DNA of 63,666 bases, from contig CAMPCJ010000002.1 of the NCBI GenBank assembly GCA_946645685.1, positions 1-63,666 of the forward strand. The letters are read 5' to 3'. The stretch comes from an uncultured Clostridia bacterium. Its GTDB lineage: Bacteria; Bacillota; Clostridia; Oscillospirales; SIG627. Below the pieces are notes generated by a model. That model worked only from the letters and a program-made list of their open reading frames with translations, was not told the DNA's origin and ran no database searches. The number at the start of each line of letters is the position of its first letter. The first letter of the stretch is position 1. The translations under genes and the position numbers were made by a program. Shown piece by piece: positions 20,098 through 27,848 of this stretch.

Positions 20098-20568
20098 TCA
20101 AAGTGTTATCTTTTTGCCGTTGAGATATGCTTCCAATAGATCCTTTCCGTGATAGACAAGCTTCATGGAAAAGAAAGGATGTCCTTCCTCCATCAGATCC
20201 AAAAAGAGATGATCGCCAGCCCAAAGATCTTTTTTTCTCAGTTCTTTTTTATCGATCCAGGCAAGCTCCCCTTCATCGCATTCGGTAATTTCGCCCTCGT
20301 ATCCGTCAGCGTGAAACAAAACCATATGTTCCGTGTAGGTATCGTCCGCAACAAATGATATGATCCCGCAGAGCCGTAAGTCTTTTATCTGAAGACCGGT
20401 TTCTTCGCGAAATTCTCTGGTGATACAGTCTTCCGGGCTTTCGCCTTCCTCAAATTTCCCGCCGATCCCGATCCATTTTTCACGGTTGATATCATTTTCT
20501 TTTTTGATCCGGTGAAGCATCAAATACTTCCCGTCCTGCTCCAGGTAGCATACAGTAGATAAGATCAA
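20098..20568 (-). CDS. NUDIX hydrolase (MutT-like)
   Basis: Nudix box GGKFEEGESPEDCITREFREETGL. Confidence 0.85.
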   Translation of the reverse strand: MILSTVCYLEQDGKYLMLHRIKKENDINREKWIGIGGKFEEGESPEDCITREFREETGLQIKDLRLCGIISFVADDTYTEHMVLFHADGYEGEITECDEGELAWIDKKELRKKDLWAGDHLFLDLMEEGHPFFSMKLVYHGKDLLEAYLNGKKITL

Positions 20569-21386
20569 AAACGTACCTCCCGACGATAGCGATATAAAAA
20601 CGCGTTGATGTGAGACCCGATCAATAGTAAAAAACTGAACAAAAACAGCCAGGATAAAAGGACGATCACGCTGCCCAGGGAGCCGTAAAGGTTGGAAAAA
20701 CCGTTCAATCGATCGACATAAATAGAAAACAGGCGTGACGAGATCAGCATGGCAAATCCGGAAAAAAGGGAACCGGGTATCGTTTCCCGGAGCCGCAGCG
20801 CGGTTGCCGGTAAAACGTAATTGATGCCCATAATGACAAACAAAACAAATATACCGAAAATAATAAGGCGAAAATGCTCCAATAAAACCGAAAAAGCTTG
20901 AAAATGAGGAAAAGCAGATAAAACGTAAGCGATCACTTTTTCACCCGTAACGATCAACAGGAGTGAAGCGATCAGGGAAAACAGAATTAAAATGACGAAC
21001 AAAAGCGATACGCCGAATTCTGAAATGATATTTCCTTTATATTCGGAACGAAAGGCCAAGCGAACTCTCCGCTTTATGACTTCAACCGCCTTTCTGAGGG
21101 ATATGATGGTCAAAAACAGTCCGAAAACGAGCCAAGTGGGGTGAAGGGACATGTCGTTCATATACCCCTCGATCAAGGAAACGGAACGCTCGGGGATCAA
21201 GTAAGATAAAAAGCTTTCTCGGATTATAAACGTTACGGGAAGGGAGGAAAGCAGGGAACTTAAAAACATCAAAAAGGGAAAGAGGGAAAACAGAAGATAA
21301 TAAGAAATGGTAGCGGCGCCTTCAAACAAATGAGCTGCCGCTACCTCTTTGAGCAGCATGAACAACAAATTCTTTTTTTCCTTCAT
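20565..21386 (-). CDS. YihY/BrkB-family membrane protein
   Basis: 273 aa, 6 TM segments, YYLLFSLFPFLMFL N-terminal pattern. 4-nt overlap with the NUDIX gene. Confidence 0.6.
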   Translation of the reverse strand: MKEKKNLLFMLLKEVAAAHLFEGAATISYYLLFSLFPFLMFLSSLLSSLPVTFIIRESFLSYLIPERSVSLIEGYMNDMSLHPTWLVFGLFLTIISLRKAVEVIKRRVRLAFRSEYKGNIISEFGVSLLFVILILFSLIASLLLIVTGEKVIAYVLSAFPHFQAFSVLLEHFRLIIFGIFVLFVIMGINYVLPATALRLRETIPGSLFSGFAMLISSRLFSIYVDRLNGFSNLYGSLGSVIVLLSWLFLFSFLLLIGSHINAFLYRYRREVRF

Positions 21387-21422
21387 CTCTTGAAACTGTC
21401 GAAGTGTTCCGACTCTCCCCGA

Positions 21423-21902
21423 TCACGTTTTGAATAGTTTATGTAAGATCAAGGAAAAATATCGTTTCAAACGAAGAAAAAACCTGCGGCAAGGCAGAAA
21501 AAAGCAATAAACCTTCCCGGAAAAAGAAAAAGGATCGATCGATCTCCCGTCTCTTTCCAAACTGCTGACAATGCCGATCATCAAGTCCCGTGTGACGTTT
21601 CTCTCCAAAATGAATTGGTTATCGCCGCACATGACAAAAGCGGAACCTTTACAGGCAACGACGCGATGCAATACAAACTGCCCGTTCTTTCTGCGATAAA
21701 ACACGATGTCGTGCTTTCGGATCCTTTCGGGCAGGGAATGAAGGACAACCTTGTCTGTTCCGCCGCGAATAAACGGATGCATACTGCTGCCGTTGGCTGT
21801 GAAAGAAACGGTCCCGTCTCGCGCAAGCGTTTCCGATATAACGCCGTAAAGCTCTTGAAATGAAACCGGCGTTTCCGGGTTATTCATCGAGCAAGCCTGC
21901 AT
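21423..21902 (-). CDS. S24/S26-like serine peptidase without N-terminal membrane anchor
   Basis: GSSMHP (the GxSMxP nucleophile motif of the signal-peptidase/LexA clan). VLHRVV resembles the HRV motif of SipW/Sec11-type S26B enzymes. Overlaps the upstream PqqD-like gene by 23 nt. Confidence 0.6.
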   Translation of the reverse strand: MQACSMNNPETPVSFQELYGVISETLARDGTVSFTANGSSMHPFIRGGTDKVVLHSLPERIRKHDIVFYRRKNGQFVLHRVVACKGSAFVMCGDNQFILERNVTRDLMIGIVSSLERDGRSIDPFSFSGKVYCFFLPCRRFFLRLKRYFSLILHKLFKT

Positions 21903-22140
21903 CCTTGAGCTTTGTCAGAAATGCAAAAACGTCTGTTTCGGCAACGTTGGCGTCAACTTGATATTCCCGCAACAACGCTTGTACAAGTTCTTTTTGGTCG
22001 GTGCCTTTCTCAAGTTTTTTCCAAAGCAAAACGCCTGTTTCGTTCAGCGTGATCATTCCGTCGAAATCCACCGCTCCCACGGGCACGACAACGTGATTGG
22101 CTCCGACGTCTCGCAGTAAAAATCCGGATTTGATCTTCAT
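21880..22140 (-). CDS. PqqD-family protein (RiPP recognition element-like)
   Basis: 86 aa. FLLRDVGANHVVVP...ITLNETGVLLWKKLEKGTDQKELVQALLREYQVD...DVFAFLTKLKDAGLL matches the PqqD/RRE winged-helix pattern. Confidence 0.75.
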   Translation of the reverse strand: MKIKSGFLLRDVGANHVVVPVGAVDFDGMITLNETGVLLWKKLEKGTDQKELVQALLREYQVDANVAETDVFAFLTKLKDAGLLDE

Positions 22141-22151
22141 TCAAACACCTC

Positions 22152-23504
22152 TTATTTGGTAAAATCGATCCTGCCGTATTCCCGGATCGAAAGAAAAACG
22201 GCTAAAGCAAGAGAGAGAAGCAGCGTTATGACCGTATAGGTTATGATCGATTTCCACTGGCTTCTTGTGGCGGATGCGGACGGGGCGCTTACGGTGCCGC
22301 TCGCTTCCTGAGCCTTTTTAGCGGTATCCTCGATCAAACTGATCGATTCCTCGACCTTTTGGGAATCATAATCGTTATTCTCAAGTAATTCGACGCCTTT
22401 TTTAACCGCTTTGACCAGCGCGGATTCGTAGTTGGAATGAGGCGTGATATTTTTGTATTTCTCGATCAAGGATTTCAGATATTCGACCCGCTGCACGGTG
22501 ACGAAAGAAGAAAACTTAAGCATCAAATCGTTATTGATCGATCCGATCAGATCCTGCACGTATTCCTTGTATGAAGCAGATGTAACGGATGTAGGAACAT
22601 AAAACAGAATAGGATGGGTTTCCGTCAAATCGTATTTCATCCGTGCTTTACGGATCTTTTCAAACGCTTCCTCGGTATAATCCGTTTCACGCATGTTTTT
22701 GAAGGTAGATACGGTAAGATCCAGTTCGGAAAAGTTAAAATTGGATCGCATAAAATCGTGGTAACTTTTCAAAAGAGCGCTGCCGCTCTTTTGAATGTCC
22801 TCATTCGTTGAATCCGGATCATCCAGAACCGCCCCCGCAGCATTCAGCGCGTTGTAAAAATCTTCACTCCCGACAACATTTGGAATGGAATCCGGGCGAA
22901 TGGAATGCGCTATGATCAAATAAAAAAATGCCAGATCGTCTCTTGTCAGGTTTTCCGGTACCTGAAGGATAAACAGATCCTTAAAAGCGTTTGCCGTCTC
23001 AAGTTCAAGGGCATCGATTTTGGATTGAATGTAAGAAATGTATTCCTCGCGACTCATATTATTGATCAAGTACACCTGGGGATGTTCATACAGATCGACG
23101 CATTTATCAACTTCTGTCAGAAACACGCTTAGATCCTCTTCTTCATATAGTCCGCTCTTCAAATAGGGAACGAGGGAAGCCAGAAAAGAAATTCCGCTGT
23201 AATCGTAGGTATTTCGCAGCAAAAACAAATAAGAAGCCCGCAGTTCATTATAGGCGTTTTCCAACTGGATATCCGATGCGTTAGGATCTGCACAAACCGC
23301 TTTTGTCTTCAAGAGATTACGAACGTAGTCTGCGTATCCGGTCACGTTTTGATACACGGACGGATAAATAACGGTTTCAAGGCTATCGCACTTATCCTTC
23401 ACAAAGCTGCGCGTGATCTTCTCTTCGGCACAAACGGGGAGCAAGGCCATAAAGACAAAAGCCAACGCTAAAAAAATGCTGCATAAGCGGCGTAAAACGT
23501 TCAT
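22152..23504 (-). CDS. Hypothetical bitopic surface protein with helical FIVAR-like repeats
   Basis: N-terminal signal/anchor MNVLRRLCSIFLALAFVFMALLPVCAEE and C-terminal TM ITYTVITLLLSLALAVFLSI. Repeated helical segments such as DYTEEAFEKIRKA. The ATG at 23504 overlaps the rsmA stop (ATGA). Confidence 0.5.
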   Translation of the reverse strand: MNVLRRLCSIFLALAFVFMALLPVCAEEKITRSFVKDKCDSLETVIYPSVYQNVTGYADYVRNLLKTKAVCADPNASDIQLENAYNELRASYLFLLRNTYDYSGISFLASLVPYLKSGLYEEEDLSVFLTEVDKCVDLYEHPQVYLINNMSREEYISYIQSKIDALELETANAFKDLFILQVPENLTRDDLAFFYLIIAHSIRPDSIPNVVGSEDFYNALNAAGAVLDDPDSTNEDIQKSGSALLKSYHDFMRSNFNFSELDLTVSTFKNMRETDYTEEAFEKIRKARMKYDLTETHPILFYVPTSVTSASYKEYVQDLIGSINNDLMLKFSSFVTVQRVEYLKSLIEKYKNITPHSNYESALVKAVKKGVELLENNDYDSQKVEESISLIEDTAKKAQEASGTVSAPSASATRSQWKSIITYTVITLLLSLALAVFLSIREYGRIDFTK

Positions 23505-24385
23505 AGGATACCTCCCAATGAATGAATATGATCGGATAAAGTGCAAAACTCTTGAAGGGAAAGGGTTTCCCCTCTGCGATTCGGCTCAATACCGCTATTC
23601 TCAAGAACGAACAAGATCTGCTCCTTTGACAAAGAGGGGAATGATATAGAAAGAGCATTGGAAAGCGTCTTGCGCCTTGCGGAAAAAGCCGCTTTAATAA
23701 CTGAAAAGAACAAAGGAACTGATTTTGGCTGAACAGGTCTCTTTTCGCGGATGAACATTCTTAAAACGGCGGAATCCACCTTCGGCCGGGGAATAAAGTT
23801 TCCCGGACCGACCCGAAACAGCTTTTCCGTTTCGGCGTAAAAGGATACCGCCGCCGTTATGGATCCATATTGCGGCGTCCCGGGAAGCGCTGTCAGACGA
23901 TCAGCCGCCTCCTGCTGGATCAAAACCGTTACGCTCCGCAGATCAATTTTGCTTTCCAGCAGCGTCATAAGCATTTCACTGGTAAGATAATAGGGAAGAT
24001 TAGCGCAAACGGCAACAGCGTAAGACGGATAAGTTTCACGTATGGCGGAAAAGGGATACTTCAAAGCGTCACAGCACTCCACAGTCACGTTTTTTGCATC
24101 AGCAAGGGAAACAGACAGAACGGGGATGAGATGAGGATCGATCTCAAGCGCTAAAACGTGATCAAAGAGTTTAGAGAGCTGCAGGGTGAGCGATCCCGCT
24201 CCCGGACCGATCTCAATGGCGAGGGTAGGCACGTCCTGGGGTAAGGTATCACGCGAGGCTTGCGCGATCCGGCGGGAAACGGACTCGTTCATCAAAAAAT
24301 TCTGACCGAGCTTCTTTTTGAAATAAAACCCGTTCTCCTCCAGTAAACGCGCCATATCGGAGCTTTTGTATATATTGATCGCCAT
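23501..24385 (-). CDS. rsmA: 16S rRNA (adenine1518/1519-N6)-dimethyltransferase
   Basis: KKLGQNFL, EIGPGAGSLT, ANLPYY. GAGG sits 6 nt before the ATG at 24385. The ORF-track start 24397 is a TTG. Confidence 0.9.
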   Translation of the reverse strand: MAINIYKSSDMARLLEENGFYFKKKLGQNFLMNESVSRRIAQASRDTLPQDVPTLAIEIGPGAGSLTLQLSKLFDHVLALEIDPHLIPVLSVSLADAKNVTVECCDALKYPFSAIRETYPSYAVAVCANLPYYLTSEMLMTLLESKIDLRSVTVLIQQEAADRLTALPGTPQYGSITAAVSFYAETEKLFRVGPGNFIPRPKVDSAVLRMFIREKRPVQPKSVPLFFSVIKAAFSARRKTLSNALSISFPSLSKEQILFVLENSGIEPNRRGETLSLQEFCTLSDHIHSLGGIL

Positions 24386-24425
24386 GCCCTGCCTCAACCG
24401 CCTTTTTTACAATACACCTCTTCTT

Positions 24426-24453
24426 ATTATACAACAACCTGCGAAAATTTCAA
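24426..24453 (-). promoter_or_regulatory. Sigma-A type promoter for the rsmA operon
   Basis: On the minus strand: TTGAAA (24453-24448), 16-nt spacer, TATAAT (24431-24426). Confidence 0.55.
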
Positions 24454-24461
24454 TCCCTCAT

Positions 24462-24491
24462 AAAAAGAAAACGGGGAAAATCCCCGTTTTC
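24462..24491 (-). terminator. Rho-independent terminator after spoIVA
   Basis: GAAAACGGGG / CCCCGTTTTC is a 10-bp stem. On the minus strand it is followed by TTTTT and begins 3 nt after the TGA stop. Confidence 0.8.
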
Positions 24492-24493
24492 TT

Positions 24494-25975
24494 TCATAGA
24501 ATAATGCAAATCATTCCGCCGCTTCCGTCGTTGATGATCTTTTCAAGAGTTTCAATGAATTTGCTTCTTGTCTGATCCTGCAAATGCTCCAGTTTGGCGG
24601 AGATCCCTTCGTTTACTAATTCGTAGAGTTTTTTACCGAACATATTGGAATTCCAGATCTCATTCGGTTTCGTTTCATACTCCTTCAATAGATATTTGAC
24701 AATATCCTCCGATTGCCTCTCGCTTCCGACGATGGGGAAAATCTCAGCTTTTACTTTGGTGCGGATCAAATGCAGAGAGGGAGCGCTCGCTTTAAATTTA
24801 ACGCCGTACCCCCCGGGTTGACGAACGATCTCCGGTTCTTCCAGCTCCATATCCTCTATGGCGGGAAGAACGATCCCGTAACCGGACTCTTCCGAGTCTT
24901 TCAGCGCGGCCTCGATCTTATCGAAACGAGTACGGATCGCGGAAAGCGCCTTGAGTTCATGGAGCAGATCCTCTTCATTTTGGATCGGTAAACCGCTGGT
25001 CTCACTCAGAACAGAGTAATAGGAATCATCTGAAATCTCCGCGCAAAAAGAGAGATTTCCCGTACCGAGATCGCACCTGTCTATTTTTACATTCCGGATC
25101 GTCTTATTTTGATCGATCGTCTTGATCCCTTCCAGGATCGCCCCGGTCTTTCGGACTTGACTCAATATATCTCGAAACGGCTTGAAAACCTCTTCACGGA
25201 TGGGATGATCGCTTTCCAGACCCATGATCCATCCGGGAATGGATACGAAAGCAGACCGAACCGGAAATTCCAAAACGATCTTTTCCAGAATGGAAGTGAT
25301 GTCTTCCGCTTTCAGTTGAAAACAGTTTTCCGGAATAACGCTTACGTTCCACCGCTGAGACATAGACCTGGAAAGCGCAAGCGTATCAGGGTGATCGGGG
25401 TGTTTTGAATTCAACAAAACAACAAAAGGCTTTCCCGTTTCTTTCAGTTCATGGACAGCTTTTTCTTCGGCGTCGATATAAGAATCCCGATCGATCTCCC
25501 CAATGCTCCCGTCCGTTGTAATAAGAATGCCTACCGTTGAATGGTCACGGATCACTTTTTTCGTGCCCAGGGAAGCCGCTTCATCAAACGGGACCGGATC
25601 AGACGACCAAGGCGTATTGACAAGTCGAGGGCCGTTTTCATCCGCCATCCCTTCGGCGCCTTCCACGGGAAAGCCGACGCAGTCGATGAGTTTCACCCGG
25701 AAGTTGACGCCTTGTTCCAATTCGATCCTTACAGATTCCTCCGGAACAAATTTCGGTTCCGTGGTCATAACGATCTTTCCCCCGGCGCTCTGCGGGATCT
25801 CGTCTGTAGCGCGCTCCTTCTTGGCGCCCTCTTCCATTTTGGGAAGGACCACGTTTTCCATAAAACGTTTGATAAAAGTAGATTTTCCGGAACGAACCGG
25901 CCCTACAACGCCAATGTAAATATCTCCGCCCGTTCTTTCAGCGATATCTCGATAAATCTGCACCTTGTTTCCCAT
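24494..25975 (-). CDS. spoIVA: Stage IV sporulation protein A (spore coat basement-layer ATPase)
   Basis: MGNKVQIYRDIAERTGGDIYIGVVGPVRSGKSTFIKRFME (Walker A). 493 aa. GGAGG sits 5 nt before the ATG at 25975. Confidence 0.92.
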   Translation of the reverse strand: MGNKVQIYRDIAERTGGDIYIGVVGPVRSGKSTFIKRFMENVVLPKMEEGAKKERATDEIPQSAGGKIVMTTEPKFVPEESVRIELEQGVNFRVKLIDCVGFPVEGAEGMADENGPRLVNTPWSSDPVPFDEAASLGTKKVIRDHSTVGILITTDGSIGEIDRDSYIDAEEKAVHELKETGKPFVVLLNSKHPDHPDTLALSRSMSQRWNVSVIPENCFQLKAEDITSILEKIVLEFPVRSAFVSIPGWIMGLESDHPIREEVFKPFRDILSQVRKTGAILEGIKTIDQNKTIRNVKIDRCDLGTGNLSFCAEISDDSYYSVLSETSGLPIQNEEDLLHELKALSAIRTRFDKIEAALKDSEESGYGIVLPAIEDMELEEPEIVRQPGGYGVKFKASAPSLHLIRTKVKAEIFPIVGSERQSEDIVKYLLKEYETKPNEIWNSNMFGKKLYELVNEGISAKLEHLQDQTRSKFIETLEKIINDGSGGMICIIL

Positions 25976-26045
25976 ATTATCCTCCACGCCAAACTTGTTG
26001 GTAAAGCATATTCAAAGCGGCGATAAATATGACACCAAGGTCGTA

Positions 26046-26073
26046 TTTACATTTTTCTTGAATGGAGTATAAT
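26046..26073 (+). promoter_or_regulatory. Sigma-A type promoter upstream of the radical-SAM-like gene
   Basis: TTTACA (26046-26051), 16-nt spacer, TATAAT (26068-26073). Confidence 0.5.
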
Positions 26074-26093
26074 GGAAAAGAAAGGAAAAAGCA

Positions 26094-26795
26094 ATGAAGA
26101 AGATCAAAGATGGAAGAACACATATCCACGGTTTTCACCATTATTATGATGACTTTGGAGACGGCTCGCAGACGTATGTCTATTTAGGCTCTTGCAAGTA
26201 TAAATGTAATTCGTTCTGCCAAGGGCACTTTATCAAAGAGCATCCGTTTTATCTGGATGAAACGGAAAAGGATCGATATGATCCGGATGAACTGGTGGAG
26301 TATCTGATGCAAGAGCAAAGGCTTTGCGTCAATAAAAAACTCACCATCGTTTTTGCCGGGAGGGAACCGCTCACCCATCCTTGGTTTTGCGTCCACGTTG
26401 CCAGGAAGATCAAGCAAGCCGGTATGGGCGTTATGTTCCGCACCTGCGGAGCCATTGATAAAGAGTGGTATTTGATCGTCGGGCCTTACACCGATCTTTT
26501 TCTCTTTGATATGATCACCGTCATTCCTTCGTCCCATAAACACCTGTGCGGGTTTCCTCTGCAAAGAACTTTGGATTGTCTTTCACTTTTAGATGGATAC
26601 CATATGCCGTATCGGCTTCGTTTCCGGATCATTCAAGGTGTAAATGATGAGGGAGCGGTTGCTCTTGCGGCGTTTTGCAGTCGCTTGAAAAGTGTAAAGA
26701 GCGTGATGCTGGATTTCAGCGCTTCACAGTTGAACGATGAAGAGATCCGCTCTTTTCGACGCGAATTTTTGGATCGAGGCGTGGTTTTGTATTAA
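26094..26795 (+). CDS. Radical-SAM activase-like protein with non-canonical CX3CX3C motif
   Basis: 233 aa. The layout resembles glycyl-radical-enzyme activases. YLGSCKYKCNSFCQG (C34/C38/C42) sits where CxxxCxxC is expected. VFAGREPLTHP sits where the GGEPL SAM motif is expected. Confidence 0.5.
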   Translation: MKKIKDGRTHIHGFHHYYDDFGDGSQTYVYLGSCKYKCNSFCQGHFIKEHPFYLDETEKDRYDPDELVEYLMQEQRLCVNKKLTIVFAGREPLTHPWFCVHVARKIKQAGMGVMFRTCGAIDKEWYLIVGPYTDLFLFDMITVIPSSHKHLCGFPLQRTLDCLSLLDGYHMPYRLRFRIIQGVNDEGAVALAAFCSRLKSVKSVMLDFSASQLNDEEIRSFRREFLDRGVVLY

Positions 26796-26808
26796 AAACG
26801 CGACCGGC

Positions 26809-27174
26809 TTACACCGATCGCGTTTTCTCATTGTTTAACCCTAAACTGATCACAATGGCGGAATTGATCCGATCCATGATGCCCGCATCAAAATGCCCCA
26901 TCTTTTCCCGAAGGCGTTTCTTATCAATGGTGCGTACCTGCTCCAGCAATACAACGGAGTTCCGATTTAATCCGCTTTCGTCGGCAATGACTTCAATGTG
27001 CGTCGGTAGGCGCGCCTTATTCATTTTGCTGGTGATCGCCGCGGCAATAACGGTCGGACTATGTTTATTGCCTACGTCGTTTTGTACGATCACCACAGGT
27101 CGTAAGCCGCCTTGCTCCGATCCCACGACCGGACTCAGATCCGCATAAAAAATGTCTCCTCGTTTGATCGTCAC
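26809..27174 (-). CDS. mazF: Type II toxin MazF/EndoA (PemK family mRNA interferase)
   Basis: [60 protein letters not shown]...[13 protein letters not shown] is collinear with B. subtilis EndoA. A GTG start at 27174 has AAGAGGGG 6 nt upstream. The ORF-track ATG at 27204 has no RBS. Confidence 0.88.
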   Translation of the reverse strand: MTIKRGDIFYADLSPVVGSEQGGLRPVVIVQNDVGNKHSPTVIAAAITSKMNKARLPTHIEVIADESGLNRNSVVLLEQVRTIDKKRLREKMGHFDAGIMDRINSAIVISLGLNNEKTRSV

Positions 27175-27211
27175 ATATAACCCCTCTTTACACGATTTAT
27201 ACATTTATTCT

Positions 27212-27270
27212 TGACGGATACGAGCGACCTTATTCCTCTTTCATCCGTACACTTTACTATATGACGGATA
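27212..27270. repeat. Direct repeat TGACGGATA x2 (50-nt spacing) plus further CGGAT copies in the mazF upstream region
   Basis: TGACGGATA occurs at 27212-27220 and 27262-27270. An inverted ATCCGTA lies at 27243-27249. CGGATcacCGGAT lies at about 27286-27298. Confidence 0.5.
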
Positions 27271-27289
27271 TGCGGGATCTGTTCTCGGA

Positions 27290-27784
27290 TCACCGGATCG
27301 TTATGGACAGATCGTCTTTTGTTACAACGATGGAATCGATCCTTTTATCTTCGTTTAATCTGAATTTCATTTCAATTCCGTGATCGGACGCGACCCATTC
27401 TTCCGAATCTTTGTTTTCTTTTCGACGGGTCGCGGCTTTGAATACGTCGTTTTGTTCCATCCAAAGAAATGTATTCCTTAGAAGTGACATTGGATTTGTT
27501 AAACCGTTTTGCGCAAATTTTATTCCGCTAAATTCGCTTTCATACCCTTCCTCCGAAACCGATTCTTTCAGACCATAGAGCGGTGTGTTTTCATCTGTAC
27601 ACGCTAAACTGAACGCTGTCGGAGAAGAGTAGAGCAGCGTTTCCGTAAAGGTGTTTCCGCCCATGCAGATCACAACCTTGTGTTCCCCTATCATTTGTTC
27701 TGAGGATAAGCGGGCATTCGCTTTTCCGCAGGAAAACAAACTGAAAACAGTCAAAAAAATCAGGACTCTCGCAACGATTTTCAT
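27290..27784 (-). CDS. Hypothetical lipoprotein
   Basis: MKIVARVLIFLTVFSLFSCGK (lipobox LFSC). GAGGTGA RBS before the ATG at 27784. The upstream part of the 220-aa track ORF was rejected. Confidence 0.6.
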   Translation of the reverse strand: MKIVARVLIFLTVFSLFSCGKANARLSSEQMIGEHKVVICMGGNTFTETLLYSSPTAFSLACTDENTPLYGLKESVSEEGYESEFSGIKFAQNGLTNPMSLLRNTFLWMEQNDVFKAATRRKENKDSEEWVASDHGIEMKFRLNEDKRIDSIVVTKDDLSITIR

Positions 27785-27797
27785 TTCTTCACCTCGG

Positions 27798-27826
27798 TTG
27801 ACAAAACAATGTGTTTTTGCTAAAAT
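27798..27826 (+). promoter_or_regulatory. Sigma-A type promoter (extended -10) for the VTC/DUF4956 pair
   Basis: TTGACA (27798-27803), 17-nt spacer, TGcTAAAAT (-10 at 27821-27826). Confidence 0.55.
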
Positions 27827-27848
27827 CCGTTTGTTAGTATATGCTGCG

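Noticed and set aside
25976-26060. Sigma-E-type promoter for spoIVA (GTCATATT ... AATATGCT on the minus strand).
   Set aside because: The match to the sigma-E consensus (ATA-16/18-CATACA-T) is only partial and the spacing is ambiguous. I cannot support it from sequence alone.
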